DNA from: an uncultured Chloroflexia bacterium
Lineage (GTDB): Bacteria > Chloroflexota > Anaerolineae > JAAYZQ01
Reading direction: 5' to 3'
Length of the DNA stretch: 60,128 bases
NCBI GenBank assembly: GCA_963700285.1
Contig: CAVOXA010000003.1
Span: 1-60,128, forward strand
The notes beneath the pieces were generated by a model, which was given only the letters and a program-made list of their open reading frames with translations, was not told the origin of the DNA and searched no databases. The translations under genes and the position numbers were made by a program. Position 1 is the first letter of the stretch. Each line of letters opens with the position of its first letter. Positions 14,539 through 26,061 of the stretch are shown one piece after another.

Positions 14539-16526
14539 TTACGGGTTAACAAGCTCCAGGTTATAGAGACATGCGATACTCCAACCATCCGTACAGTCCA
14601 GCGGCGGGACCGGCGGGTCGGTGCCATCATCCTCGTGCGGGAAGTTGGTCCAAACCGTCTCGTTCACCGCGTGGAACGATCTGCGGACGGTACATGAGCG
14701 TGAAGGAGGGAATATCGGTCAGGTAGATCCTGACCAATTCCGTGTACATTTCCTTCAGCTTGTCGGGATCGGTTTCACTGGGGATCGCCTTGATCAAGGC
14801 ATCCACCTCAGGATTGCTGTACTGACCCCAGTTGCCGTTCCAGTTGCTCGCCATGCCCACACATTCAGAGCTGAGCAGGTTGCGGATACGTCCCCAGGGC
14901 TGGGTGGGGCCAGCGCCGTCACTCCACATCATGAAGATGTCATAGCCCTCGGGCAGAGGCGCATCCGATTTGGTGACAACGGTCTGATATACGGACCATT
15001 CAGGGTAGTTGGTGGTGATGTCAATGCCGATCTCTTTCCCGGCGGCAGCAACCACTTCGATCGCCGCCTGCCAGTCGGACCAGCCATTGGGGCAGGTGGC
15101 GACATAGCTGAGCTTTTGACCGTCGTATTCGCGCCAGCCATCGCCATCGGTATCGACAATGCCGGCTTCATCCAGCAGTGCCTTGGCGCCTTCGATGTCG
15201 TTGCCGGCCCACTGCAGGTCCGCGACAGCATCGTGGTCGTACAGGGCCTGCTCACCAGGGGTCGGGTTCATCAGCGAGCGCGGAACCTGGTCGAAGGTAG
15301 CCGATTGGTTGGTCATGGCGTTGGCAATGATGGTGGGATAGTCAACCGCCATGGCAATGGCCTTGCGCACCGCAACCTGGTCCAAACCAGGGGAATTCAG
15401 GTTGTAGAAGGCGGTTGGCAGGCTGGCGCCAATGCCATAGGGAGCCTCGGGCAGGTAGGTGGAGATGGGCAGCCCATAGTTCAGCCACAGAAGCTGAATA
15501 TTGGAGTTGAACTGCTGGCTGACATCCACCTCACCTTTTGCCAAAGCAGCAGAACCGGCGGCGTTATCCTTGAAGATCGTGTGCGCCAGGTACTTGGGAA
15601 CAGGCAGCTTGCCCCACATGCTGGCATCCTGGCCCCAGTAGTTGTCATCACGAACGTAGACAACCTTCGTATCGTCAGCGAAGTATTTGTGATAGGGACC
15701 GGAGTAAACGACGTCTTCCGCGGTATCCGCCATCAACGCGGTGGCATCGCCACCGACGCGCTCTTCCAGGGTCTCGGTCCAGGCTTTCTGGATGACATAG
15801 TTGCTGCTCAGGTAAGCAGCGACGATCAGAGGATTGACCGCTTTGCCATCCTCATCCAGTTTGGCCTTGACCACAACCGTCTGGGCATCAACGGCTTCGA
15901 TGGTGTCGATGTAATCCGCGTTGGCAGCACCGGTCAGGGGTGTTGTACTTGACATGGGTGGCCCAGGTATAGGCGACATCTTCCGCGGTCACCGGGGTGC
16001 CATCGCTCCACTTTGCGGCCTCTTTGAGCTTGAAGGTGATCTCGGTCCGATCATCGTTCCACGCATAATGACCATCAGCCAGCAGAGGATACACCTGGCC
16101 ATCGAGCATGTTGTACAGGTACGGGGTTTCAAACATGATGACGCGGGCGCTGTCCTGCTGATTGGCGATCGCCATGGCATTGTTGTTGCTGTTGGAGTAA
16201 GGATTCCAACCCACAACCGAACCCCACTGTTGACCATTGAAGTACAGGGTTTCGTTGCGGGGCAGAGCAGTAGGGTCTTCCTCCACGACCGGCGTGACCT
16301 CAACCTCAACGGTCTCGACGACGGTGACTTCCTTCTCGACCTCGACCTCAACAGTCTCGACGACGGTGACCTCTTTCTCGACCTCGACGGTCTCGACGAC
16401 GGTGACTTCCTTCTCGACCTCCACCGTCTGGATGACGGTCTGGGGCTCGGGCGCCGGACCGCAGGCCGCGACCAAGAGCCCCAACATGCTCAGAACGATC
16501 AGAATGGATAGTGTCTTGAAACGCAT
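14539..16526 (-). CDS. Family 5 ABC substrate-binding lipoprotein, likely binding oligosaccharides (frameshifted)
   Basis: Lipobox VAAC; [19 protein letters not shown] resembles Thermotoga cello-/manno-oligosaccharide binders (recalled, not aligned); [13 protein letters not shown]; AGGAGG RBS. Confidence 0.85.
16303..16426 (-). repeat. Coding tandem repeat ([12 protein letters not shown])x3 linker after the lipobox
   Basis: Visible in ORF 15888-16544. Confidence 0.85.
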
Positions 16527-16704
16527 TTTCTTTTCCTCCTTCATGGATTCATCTCACTGCGATTTTCACTCAATCCTACCAACAACAGATCGTACGATTC
16601 ACTCCCGTGATCACCTCCTTTCCGCTGAAAACGACCGCACATTCGGTCTTGCATCAACCCTCACCCGGCTCCGTGGATTGTCTTTTCAGCTTTTCTCCCT
16701 CCTT

Positions 16705-17707
16705 TCACACCTCCGAATTCTCTTTGATATACTCGACGAGCTCATCCACCTGCGTGTAGGCAAGGCAGGTGACGGTATCAGCAGCCCCGTAGTAGACTGC
16801 GATGCGTCCGGTCTCTGCGTCGGTAAGGGCTGCACAGGGAAAGACAACATTGGGCATATCGCCGACACACTCGTAGATCTCCTGTGGAGAGAGCAGGTAG
16901 GGCGCCGCCCGGTAGATCACCTTCCAGGGCTCGTCGAGGTCGAGCAGAGCCGCGCCCATGCTGTAGACAAAACCGTTGCACGACGTCAGTACGCCGTGGT
17001 AGATCATCAGCCAGCCTTCGCGCGTCTCGATGGGAATCGGACCAGCGCCGATCTTGGTACTCTGCCAGGTCCACGGCTTGGTCCCCATCACGTAGCGGTG
17101 GCACCCCCAGTGGCACATGTCGGGGCTTTCGCTGTAGAAAATGTCACCGAAGGGCGTGTGTCCTGTGTCACTGGGGCGGCTCAGCATGGCATATTTGCCG
17201 TTGATCTTTCGCGGAAAGAGTACACCGTTCCGGTTGTAGGGCAGGAAAGCATTCTCCACTTGATAGAACTGTCTCAAAATCGTAGGTATATCCAACGCCG
17301 ATGGTGGGACCGTGATAGCCGTTACACCAGGTCACATAATACCGATCCTCGATCCAGCAGACGCGAGGATCATACTGATGCTCGAATCGTTTGAACTCGG
17401 GGACATCGGTGATGAGTTCAACAGGGTGTTCTGCAATAGCCCATTCAACGCCATCCACGCTCTTGCCGCTGTGAATTCGCATTTCGCGTATCTTGTTGTC
17501 CACACGAAAGACCCCGGCGAACCCATCCTCAAAAGGAACGACAGCACTGTTGAAAATGCTGTTGGAGCAGGGCACCAGGTCCCGTGGGATGATGGGGTTG
17601 CGGCTTGAGCGCCACACCACATCGGCACAGCCATGCGGCCTAGCCTCCCAGGGTATGCTGGGCAATGTGGACCCTGTCGTCGCTGCAATGACGCTCAAAT
17701 CATCCAT
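16705..17707 (-). CDS. GH130 beta-1,4-mannoside (manno-oligosaccharide) phosphorylase, GH130_2-like (one frameshift near 17270)
   Basis: [66 protein letters not shown]. Confidence 0.92.
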
Positions 17708-17889
17708 GCTACGGTTTCCTTCAGTATGCTGCAAGCCTGCTTTGGCCTGCAGTTCCCTAGATTGTTCAAACCAAAGCCCGCTCAACCAACTGCGGACATA
17801 CTACCGCTGTCACCGGACTCACTTTGGGATGGTTGAAACGGTTACGAGTACGTGTGCTGACAGCCCACCCACACCATCACGGGTGATCC

Positions 17890-18915
17890 TTATTGCAGCG
17901 CCCCACACGACTCCCGTACTATTAGCTTTGAAGGCAGCAAAATCCTGTGAGCAGGGGCAGGCTCATCTGGCGGATTCTCCAGCAGACTTAGCAGCAGATC
18001 GGCAGCCATGGAGCCCAACTGCTCGATGGGTTGGCGCACGGTAGTCAGGGCCGGCTGCAAGGCCGAGGCTACGGGGAGATCGTCGAATCCGACAAGAGCC
18101 ACGTCCTCGGGGACGCGCAAGCCCGCTTCCTGGATTGCCTTCAACGCGCCCAAAGCCATGGTGTCGCTGGCGGCAAAGATGGCGGTGACTGATTGGGACA
18201 GCAGACGCCGCGCTGCCGCTGCGCCACTTGCCTCAGAAAAGCTGCCCTCGACGACCAGGGCCTCATCCACTGGCAGACGCTGTGATTCCAGAGCCTGCTG
18301 GTACCCGGCCAACCGGTCCTCACCGCTAGTCATATTCAGGGGGCCCGTTATCGTGGCAATGCGGCTGTGCCCCAGGCGCGCAAGGTGTTCGACCGCCATC
18401 CGCGAAGAGGCGACGTTGTCGACATCCACATAGCTAATCCGGTCATCTGGGTGCCGTCCTACCATAACAAAGGGGACGCGGTCAAGCAAGAGTCGCGTGA
18501 TGAGCGGGTCGTCCACTCGTGTCGAGGCCACCACAACGCCATCCAGGTGACCACTGCGGACGACGCGCCTGTACATCTCCTCTGGCCCAGCCGGGTCGTT
18601 GAACAGGGACAGCATAAGGAAATAGCGATGGGAATTGCAGATCTGGGTGATTCCACACAACAGGTGAGAGAAGAAGGGATCGGTGAATAGGGTAGTCACT
18701 GCTTCAGGGATGATCACACCTACGATGCGGGTTCGGCGTGTGACCAAGCTTCGAGCTGCGGCGTGAGGCTGATATCCGTTCTCGCGGACGACCTGCCAGA
18801 CGCGCTCCCGGACAGGTTCGCGGACATTGGGGTGGCCATTGACCACCCGTGAGACGGTCGAGCGTGAGACACCGGCCAGTTTTGCAATCTCTTCTAGGGT
18901 AGGTGATGTGTTCAC
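17890..18915 (-). CDS. LacI family transcriptional regulator
   Basis: [42 protein letters not shown]. Confidence 0.95.
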   Translation of the reverse strand: MNTSPTLEEIAKLAGVSRSTVSRVVNGHPNVREPVRERVWQVVRENGYQPHAAARSLVTRRTRIVGVIIPEAVTTLFTDPFFSHLLCGITQICNSHRYFLMLSLFNDPAGPEEMYRRVVRSGHLDGVVVASTRVDDPLITRLLLDRVPFVMVGRHPDDRISYVDVDNVASSRMAVEHLARLGHSRIATITGPLNMTSGEDRLAGYQQALESQRLPVDEALVVEGSFSEASGAAAARRLLSQSVTAIFAASDTMALGALKAIQEAGLRVPEDVALVGFDDLPVASALQPALTTVRQPIEQLGSMAADLLLSLLENPPDEPAPAHRILLPSKLIVRESCGALQ

Positions 18916-18931
18916 CCCGTATCCTCCCCCT

Positions 18932-19049
18932 TGGGAGCGCTCTCAAAAAGCTTTCTGACCCGCCCTTTGCGGGGCTCATAACGGTCATCTCGGCTCTGTT
19001 GTGGGAGCGCTCTCAAGCAGAGTATATCACAGACATTGCGGTTTGTCAA
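18932..19049 (-). promoter_or_regulatory. Sigma70 promoter plus two LacI-type operators
   Basis: Minus-strand TTGACA(19049-44)-17-TATACT(19026-21); TGGGAGCGCTCTCA at 18932-18945 and 19002-19015. Confidence 0.85.
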
Positions 19050-19077
19050 GAGGTTTATAGTAAAAGTTTGGTCAGCT

Positions 19078-21479
19078 TCATCCCAAAACGACTTCTACCA
19101 TGTTCTGATCGCCAAGCAGGTCCGCCGGGACCAGGTTGCCGGCCAGCGGTTCGCCGTTCAGGGTCAGCGTTTTGACGCCGCTGCAGACACCGCCCGGATT
19201 CCTGACCTCAATCTTGGATCGTCCGCTCCCGGAAGCGGCGCGTGGCCTTGAATCCGCTCCAGGTGCTGGGGATGCAGGGGTCAATGCGCAGGCCATCCAG
19301 CTCGGGCCGCAGTCCCAGGATGTACTGCGTAGCGCTGTAGTAGGCCCAGGCCGCCGCACCGGTCAGCCACGAAGTGCGGGTATTGCCTGGACGGGGTGAA
19401 TAGGTCGAGTAGGTCGTCTGCCCCTGCACATAGGGCTCGATCTGGCGGATCTCGGCGCGGTCATTGTAGGCAGCCGGCATGGAGGCGCGGTAGTACTCGT
19501 AGGCCCGGTCGCCATTGCCCAGCATGCACTCGGCCATCACTCCCCAACCCTGGGTGTGGTTAAAGATGCCGGCATTCTCCTTGACGCCAGGGTTAAAGAC
19601 CACGGCGCGCATGACGTCGATGGGCGTCTTGACAAAGGGCGGAGCGCACAGCATCAGGCCGTACGGGGTAGCCAGGCGCTCCTGGACGGTCTGCCATGCA
19701 GCGGGAGGCCTGTTCAGGCGTGGCTGCGCCGCTGATCACCGCCCAGAGCTGGGTGTTCAGGTAGACCTGCCCCTCCTCATATTCGCGCGTGCCATAGACC
19801 GTGCCATCCTCGCCGATGGCCCAGATGAACCAATCTCCATCCCAGGCGCAGGCCTGGATACTGGCATCCAGGATTTCGCGCTGAGCGAGCGCCCAGGCAG
19901 TCTCCTTCGGTTTGCCCAGCCGTTCGGCGATCTCGGCATAGATCGTCAGGCCCAACCGCACCTGAAAGGCGACAAAGAGGCTTTCTCCGTAGTAGCCGAG
20001 CCGCAGGCAGTCGTTCCAGTCGGCGGACAAGCCACAGGGCAGGCCGATGCTTGCCGGTGCGCTCCAGGTTGAATTCCAGGGCGCGGCGCAGGTGGCCCAG
20101 GACAGTGGCTTCGCCCTGATCGGCGTAGGGCAGTACCTTGTTGTAGAACTCCAGGTCGCCTGTTTCGCCCACATAGACCGGGATCGCGTTAAAGAACCAC
20201 AGGCAGTCATCAGAGCGATACTCTTCGGGATCGAGGCCGCGTTCCGTGTCCAGGACGATGCTCGAACGGCCGGACGACCGGCATTGCTCCACCGTTGGAC
20301 AACTGACCAGTCAGCAGCAATTCCAGGCGTGCCCGGGCCTCATTAGGGATAGCGGCAACCACGCCAAGGATGTCCTGGACCGAGTCGCGGAACCCCAGTC
20401 CATCGCGCTCTCCGTTGTAGACCAGGCTGGCCGCCCGCGACCAGGCGAAGGTGATCAGGCAGTTGTACGAGACCCCAGACGTTGATCGTGTGATTCATCT
20501 CCTCGTCCGGTGTTTCCACCACCAGGCTGCCCAGCCTGGCGTGCCAGTTGTCCTGGAGTTTCTGCAGTTCCGTGCCGGCTCGCTCCAACGATCCGTACTC
20601 GACCACCGCACGTCTGCCCACCGAGCGAGCATCACCGATCCCCAGCATGACGAGCAGTTCGCGGCTCTCGCCCGGCTGGAGAGTCAGGTCGGCCTGTAGG
20701 CTGCCGCAGGCGTTATCGCCGTAGGCATTGCTGTTGGTGCAGTGACCCTTGTTCGACCGCCAGCGGATTGTGATAGCTGCGGTATGGGCCGAGAAAAGTA
20801 TCGCGGCTGGTATCGTACCCAGCCAGCGATTCGCCAACCAACGCCATCCAAGCGTGACAAGCGATATCATGGATAGAGAAGCCCTCGGTGTCCTCCGTCA
20901 GGTTATCCTGAATGGCAATCCGCAACAATCCATCCACTAGCTCACCCCGCACGATAAAGAGCGAGTATTGGAGATTGACCCGGTCCTGGTATGTGTCCCA
21001 CTGGTTGGTGAATTCGCAGAAGGTGAAGGCCGAGATCTCGCGCGCCCGGTCACTCTCGTTCGTCACCTTTAGCCGCCAGTACTCGAAGGTCTGCCCTAGC
21101 GGGACAAAGTAGGTGGCCTCGCTGGCGATCCCCGCGTAGCGCGACTCGAAAACAGAATAGGCCAGTACCGTGACGGCAGATGGACTGATACTGGTCGAGT
21201 GGCTTGCCCACGGGTTGCCAGGAGGCTGACCAGTAATCGCCGCTCGCGACAGTCGCGCAGGTAGAAATAGCGCCCTGGCTGGTCCATCGGGACACTGTTG
21301 AAACACAGACGCAAGAAACGCCCGCGCGCTCCCGACCGGTAGAAGCCATAGCCTCCTGCGTTGTTGGTGATAATGGCCCCATACTCAGTGGAGCCCAGAT
21401 AGTTGCTCCACGATTGCGGGGTATCGGGCCTGGTGATCACATACTCTTTCGCATCGTCGTCAAAGTAGCCGAACTTCAC
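19078..21479 (-). CDS. Second GH94 phosphorylase, cellodextrin/chitobiose phosphorylase-like (many frameshifts)
   Basis: [66 protein letters not shown]. Confidence 0.85.
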
Positions 21480-21592
21480 GGGTAACTCCTGCCAGACCGT
21501 CTGGACCAGGCAGCATCTTGTGGCTTGATCGTCATCAGAGCATCCTCAACCCTTTCAGCAACTCCTTCATTGGAAAGGTTCTCCTGTGTCCC

Positions 21593-21621
21593 ATTATACT
21601 GGGGGCTGCGAAAAGGGACAA
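21593..21621 (-). promoter_or_regulatory. Putative sigma70 promoter for the second GH94
   Basis: Minus-strand TTGTCC-17-TATAAT. Confidence 0.6.
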
Positions 21622-21937
21622 TTGAGTCGGCGGCTCAGACCCGTAACGCCCTACACCACCAGCACTTGTGCGCAGGCTTGTATACGAGGCAGATCCGTCC
21701 GGCTCTAACCAGGGTGCTTCCAGGGCACGTTCAACGACGCTCCGCAATGTCCGCCCTCGCTGGCGGAGGTTGCGGGTAGCCAGAAGGTCCGCGACCACTT
21801 TCTCACAGGAACGCACACAGCTGTGGTCCCGGAGGTTCTGGGCGGCGAAGCCATCGCCTCGACCTGAATAAGGGTACCGGCCCAGGCCAGGGTTACGCCG
21901 AGCGCGGCTGATATGGCGGTCAGGCCAGCATTCGTTT

Positions 21938-21966
21938 TTGACGAAAGGCCCCTTCTACATTACAAT
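21938..21966 (+). promoter_or_regulatory. Putative sigma70 promoter of rplY
   Basis: TTGACG-17-TACAAT. Confidence 0.7.
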
Positions 21967-22065
21967 AGGGAGCTGTGTGCAAGAAGCGCGCAGGGTTCTG
22001 AACCTCGCCTGAAAGCAACCCGCGGCTTGTACATTGATACGACATTGTGGTGTGGGAGATATAGT

Positions 22066-22722
22066 ATGGAACGAGTTGAACTAAGGGCACAGAGCCGGAC
22101 AATGACCGGCAAGAAAGTAAAACAGCTGCGGGAACACTTTATGATCCCCGCTGTTATTTACGGGCCAGACACGCTTGCCAAGAGCATTCAGATAGAGGAG
22201 CGCGATCTGTCAAAAGCACTGCAGCAGGCAGGCTCGACGGCACTGATTGATCTAAGGATCGACGACATAAGCAAACCCAATGTCGTTCTTGCCCGCGATA
22301 TCCAGCGTGACATCCTCACCAGCCGCTTCCAGCACGTTGACTTTTACCAGGTCCGGCTCACAGAGAAGGTAAGAACGTCCCCTCGTCTGGAGATCGTGGG
22401 CGAGTCACCGCTTGTCAAGGCGGGATCCGCAGTTTTGGTTCAGATTCTGAACCAGGTGGAAGTCGAGTGCTTGCCAACCGATCTTGTCAACTCCATTCCG
22501 GTGGACGTTTCCGTGCTGGTACACCTGGATGACAGCATCAACATCAGCGACCTGGTTGTCCCGCCAGGCATCACGATTTTGGCCGATCCGGACGACACCG
22601 TCGCCAGCGTGGTACCGCCGCGCGCGGCACTCGCGGAGGAAGCCGAGGTGGTGGAGGAGGTTGAGGTCGAAGGCTTCATTGCGCCTTATGACGAGGGCGA
22701 GGAAGCAGCTCAAGAAGACTGA
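22066..22722 (+). CDS. rplY: 50S ribosomal protein L25/general stress protein Ctc
   Basis: GKKVKQLR...IPAVIYG, HVDFY, VEVECLP..L..I.VDVS.L, acidic tail. Confidence 0.95.
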   Translation: MERVELRAQSRTMTGKKVKQLREHFMIPAVIYGPDTLAKSIQIEERDLSKALQQAGSTALIDLRIDDISKPNVVLARDIQRDILTSRFQHVDFYQVRLTEKVRTSPRLEIVGESPLVKAGSAVLVQILNQVEVECLPTDLVNSIPVDVSVLVHLDDSINISDLVVPPGITILADPDDTVASVVPPRAALAEEAEVVEEVEVEGFIAPYDEGEEAAQED

Positions 22723-22740
22723 ACCTGTAGTGGACGCTAG

Positions 22741-22783
22741 AAAGGATCACGCCAGGGCTGCCGTGGCGTGATCCTTTTTCTTT
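22741..22783 (+). terminator. Intrinsic terminator after rplY
   Basis: AAAGGATCACGCCA-9nt-TGGCGTGATCCTTTTTCTTT. Confidence 0.8.
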
Positions 22784-22801
22784 GTCACCAAGGAGTAGTT
22801 C

Positions 22802-23350
22802 GTGGAGATCGTCGTAGCCATGACGGGCGCTTCTGGAGCGGTTATCGGCGTCCGGCTGCTGGAGGCGCTGGACGGGCAGGGTGTCCATACCGTCCACCTG
22901 ATCGTTTCCCACGGGGCATGTGCCGTGCTCGCCCATGAAATCGGGCACGACCCGAGCTTGCCAGCGACCCATCGCTGGAGTGCGGACGATCTCACTGCAC
23001 CCATCGCCAGTTCATCCCGCGGCCCAGAGGCGATGGTCATCGCACCTTGCTCCATGAAGACTCTTTCAGCCATCGCCCACGGATATGCCAGCGATCTGAT
23101 CATCCGTACTGCCGAGATCATGCTGCGCTTAAACCGGCCCCTGGTGCTCATGCCCCGCGAGACACCTCTGTCCTTGCCTGCCATCGAAAATATGCGCCTG
23201 GCCAAGCTGGCTGGGGCCATCATCCTGCCACCCGTAGTAGCCTATTATCCCCAACCGCAAACGGTAGAGCAGATCACCGATTTTTTCGCGGGCAAGGTGC
23301 TTGATGTCTTGGGCCTTCAGCACAGCCTGTATCGACGGTGGAGGGAATAA
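22802..23350 (+). CDS. ubiX: Flavin prenyltransferase UbiX
   Basis: VAMTGASG, APCSMKTLSAIAHG, PRETPL, ENM..L; AGGAG RBS. Confidence 0.95.
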   Translation: MEIVVAMTGASGAVIGVRLLEALDGQGVHTVHLIVSHGACAVLAHEIGHDPSLPATHRWSADDLTAPIASSSRGPEAMVIAPCSMKTLSAIAHGYASDLIIRTAEIMLRLNRPLVLMPRETPLSLPAIENMRLAKLAGAIILPPVVAYYPQPQTVEQITDFFAGKVLDVLGLQHSLYRRWRE

Positions 23351-23352
23351 CC

Positions 23353-24714
23353 ATGAACCTGAGGGAGTTCCTGGCCTGGTCGCGGGACAAGGAGCAATTG
23401 ATGACCATTCCCCAACCAGTCGACCCGCATCTGGAGATGGCCCGCGTCATCCACGCCATGGAGGGCCGGCCGTTGCTGTTCACCAACCCACAGAGGCCTG
23501 GCTGGAAGGTGGCAACGGGAGTCTGTGCCAGACGGGAGCACTTTGCCTGGGCACTGGGCTGCGACGTGGCTGGCATCGTACCCCAATTGGCCGAAGCCCT
23601 GAATCATCCCACCGAGCCCCCCTTGGTAGCCGATGCGCCCTGCCAGGAGGTGGTGGACCGCGAGCCCGACCTGGACGCCCTCCCACTTCTCCGACACCTG
23701 TCTGGCGATGGCGGGCCCTACATCACCGCTGGCATTGCGGTCATCCGCGACCCCGACTATGGCCGCAACGTCAGCTTTCACCGGTTGATGCAGGTTGGCC
23801 CCCGGGCCTTTACTGCCCGCATCGTCGAGGGCCGGGGAACGGATACTGCCTGGCGCAAAGCTTTGGCTGCCGGGCAGGACCTGGAGGTGGCCATTTGCCT
23901 GGGCGTACCCATCCACGTTCTGCTGGCGGCAGCCATGAGCCCGGCCAAAGGGGTGGACGAATTGTGCCTTGCCCATGCCCTGGCCGCGACGCCCCTCGTT
24001 CGCTGTGCGACGGTCGATCTGGAGGTGCCAGCCGAGTGCGAGGTTATTCTGGAGGGAAGGATCACCGGGCGTGAGGCCGACGAGGGACCGTTCATCGACC
24101 TGACCGAGACCTGGGACGTGATCCGCCATCAGCCGATCATCGAGATCGATTGCATGACGCACCGGCAGTCACCCATCTATCACGCCCTGCTGCCTGGTGG
24201 CCTGGAACACAAGCTGCTGATGGGCTTGCCCCGGGAGCCCACCATCTTTCGAGCCGTAGCAGAGGTGGTCGACTGCCTGAATGTGAGCATCACACCCGGC
24301 GGGATGAGTTGGCTCCACGCCGTGGTGCAGATTTCCAAGCGCAACCCCGACGACGGCCGGCAGGCCATGGAGGCCGCCTTCCGGGGACATGGTTCACTGA
24401 AGCACGTGGTCGTCGTAGATGATGACGTCGATCCCTTCGATCCGGCAGCCGTCGAGTGGGCCATCGCTACCCGCTTCCAGGCGGACCAGGACCTGATGGT
24501 CCTTCAGGATCAGCCCAGCAGCAGCCTCGATCCTTCGGCCAGGCAGATACCGGGGCAGAAAGCCCGCACGGCCAAGATGGGATTGGACGCCACAATTCCT
24601 TGGGTTGACAGCGCCGGCTGTCCTCTAAGCCTAGCAAAGCGAGATGGTTTTCGCAAGGTACCCTACGATGGCGTGGATCTCTCCCAATACATTTCAGGCC
24701 CGGAACAGATTTGA
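23353..24714 (+). CDS. UbiD family decarboxylase, likely trans-anhydromevalonate 5-phosphate decarboxylase
   Basis: DGGPYITAG, N.SFHRL, EGPF.D, EH..L, KHVVVVDDDVD, WAIATR, SSLDPS, KMGLDAT; substrate inferred from neighbours. Confidence 0.85.
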   Translation: MNLREFLAWSRDKEQLMTIPQPVDPHLEMARVIHAMEGRPLLFTNPQRPGWKVATGVCARREHFAWALGCDVAGIVPQLAEALNHPTEPPLVADAPCQEVVDREPDLDALPLLRHLSGDGGPYITAGIAVIRDPDYGRNVSFHRLMQVGPRAFTARIVEGRGTDTAWRKALAAGQDLEVAICLGVPIHVLLAAAMSPAKGVDELCLAHALAATPLVRCATVDLEVPAECEVILEGRITGREADEGPFIDLTETWDVIRHQPIIEIDCMTHRQSPIYHALLPGGLEHKLLMGLPREPTIFRAVAEVVDCLNVSITPGGMSWLHAVVQISKRNPDDGRQAMEAAFRGHGSLKHVVVVDDDVDPFDPAAVEWAIATRFQADQDLMVLQDQPSSSLDPSARQIPGQKARTAKMGLDATIPWVDSAGCPLSLAKRDGFRKVPYDGVDLSQYISGPEQI

Positions 24715-24755
24715 CAGGAAGGCGCCCGTTTCAGTCATGATTTCTGCGATGAGAG

Positions 24756-26060
24756 ATGCGCATGAAGACCGATAACCTTCGCAAGCGCAAGGCATCAAGA
24801 TTACTTCTCACTAGCGAAGAACAGGCCATGTGGTCCGGTGAGGCCGGGCCTGGTGTGCGAAAGGCGATGGAGATCGTGGTCGCTCTGGGCCAGATCTATG
24901 GCGCCGCCGATCTGGTACCGGCGGCCAGTGTTCAGGTATCCGGCGTCAGCTATAAGAACCTGGGCGACGCCGGCCTCGAGTTTCTGGAAGAATGGGCATC
25001 CCAAGGCGCCCGAGCTCGGGTGCCCGCTACCCTAAATCCAGCCGGTATGGACATGGTCGAGTGGCGCAAGCTCGGATTCAGCCAGGGATTTGCCCAGCGG
25101 CAGAAGGCCGTCATTGCCGCCTACGCGTCTTTGGGCATCGTGCCAACCTGCACCTGCACGCCTTACCTGGTAGGCTACAAACCACAGTTTGGAGAGCATC
25201 TGGCCTGGGCCGAATCTTCGGCCGTGAGTTACGCCAATTCTGTCCTGGGTGCACGGACAAACCGCGAAGGGGGACCCAGTGCTCTGGCGGCAGCGATCAC
25301 CGGGCGGACGGCACGCTACGGCTTGCACCTGGATGCGAACCGGCGGGCGACAGCCATCATCGACGTTCGCTGTGCTGTGACGTCGGATGCCGATCTGGGC
25401 GCCCTGGGTTACCTGGTGGGCCAACGGGTCAAGAATGGCGTCCCCTACTTTCGGAATCAGGGCGTGGTAGATTGGGAGAATCGCAGGCTGGGGAACTGGG
25501 GGTTAAAGACGCTGGGAGCGGCAATGGCAGCCAGTGGCGCGGTAGCCCTGTATCACGTGGAAGGGATAACGCCGGAGGCAAAGGTTCGGGGCGTGCTCGC
25601 ACCCGGCGCCCAAACCCTGATCGTAGACAGCCTGGCGCCCGCCTACGACCAACTTGATGGTCCCTCCGAGGCTGTGGATCTCGTGAGCCTAGGCTGCCCG
25701 CACGCCTCCCTGGGCGAAATTGAGGCCATTGCCGATTACCTGGAGGGGCGGCAGGTCAAGGCTACCCTTTGGATAACCACGGCGCGAGCCACACGGGATG
25801 CAGCCAGCGAGGCTGGGTTGGTGAGTCGTATCGAAGCCTCGGGCGGCTGGGTGGTGCCCGACACGTGCATGGTAGTTGCTCCCGTAGCCGATCTCGGGTA
25901 CCGCACACTGGCCACCAATTCGGCCAAAATGGCCTTCTACACGCCCTCCCACAGCGGGCTCTCGGTACGCTTTGGCCCCATTGAGCAGTGTCTTGAAGCC
26001 GCCAGGACAGGCAAGTGGCCCAACCCGCGCGTTACACATCACGAATCACGGATCACGTAG
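24756..26060 (+). CDS. Aconitase X catalytic (DUF521) subunit, likely phosphomevalonate dehydratase large subunit
   Basis: VSGVSY..LGDAG, TLNPAG, CTCTPY, WAESSA, GARTNREG, GCPH, DTCMVV, TNSAK; candidate Fe-S Cys ligands present; exact start uncertain. Confidence 0.88.
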   Translation: MRMKTDNLRKRKASRLLLTSEEQAMWSGEAGPGVRKAMEIVVALGQIYGAADLVPAASVQVSGVSYKNLGDAGLEFLEEWASQGARARVPATLNPAGMDMVEWRKLGFSQGFAQRQKAVIAAYASLGIVPTCTCTPYLVGYKPQFGEHLAWAESSAVSYANSVLGARTNREGGPSALAAAITGRTARYGLHLDANRRATAIIDVRCAVTSDADLGALGYLVGQRVKNGVPYFRNQGVVDWENRRLGNWGLKTLGAAMAASGAVALYHVEGITPEAKVRGVLAPGAQTLIVDSLAPAYDQLDGPSEAVDLVSLGCPHASLGEIEAIADYLEGRQVKATLWITTARATRDAASEAGLVSRIEASGGWVVPDTCMVVAPVADLGYRTLATNSAKMAFYTPSHSGLSVRFGPIEQCLEAARTGKWPNPRVTHHESRIT

Positions 26061-26061
26061 C

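Noticed and set aside
16303-16426. Tandem repeats here and at 33077-33131 as CRISPR arrays
   Set aside because: In-frame coding repeats with no spacers and no cas genes
21535-21816. ORF containing the QLSLF clamp-binding motif
   Set aside because: The motif coincides with a promoter -35; no RBS or recognisable family
22802-24714. ubiX-ubiD as ubiquinone/menaquinone or aromatic-acid decarboxylation genes
   Set aside because: Neighbours are acnX, ipk and mvaD, with no ubiA or mqn genes, so the mevalonate role fits better; not formally excluded
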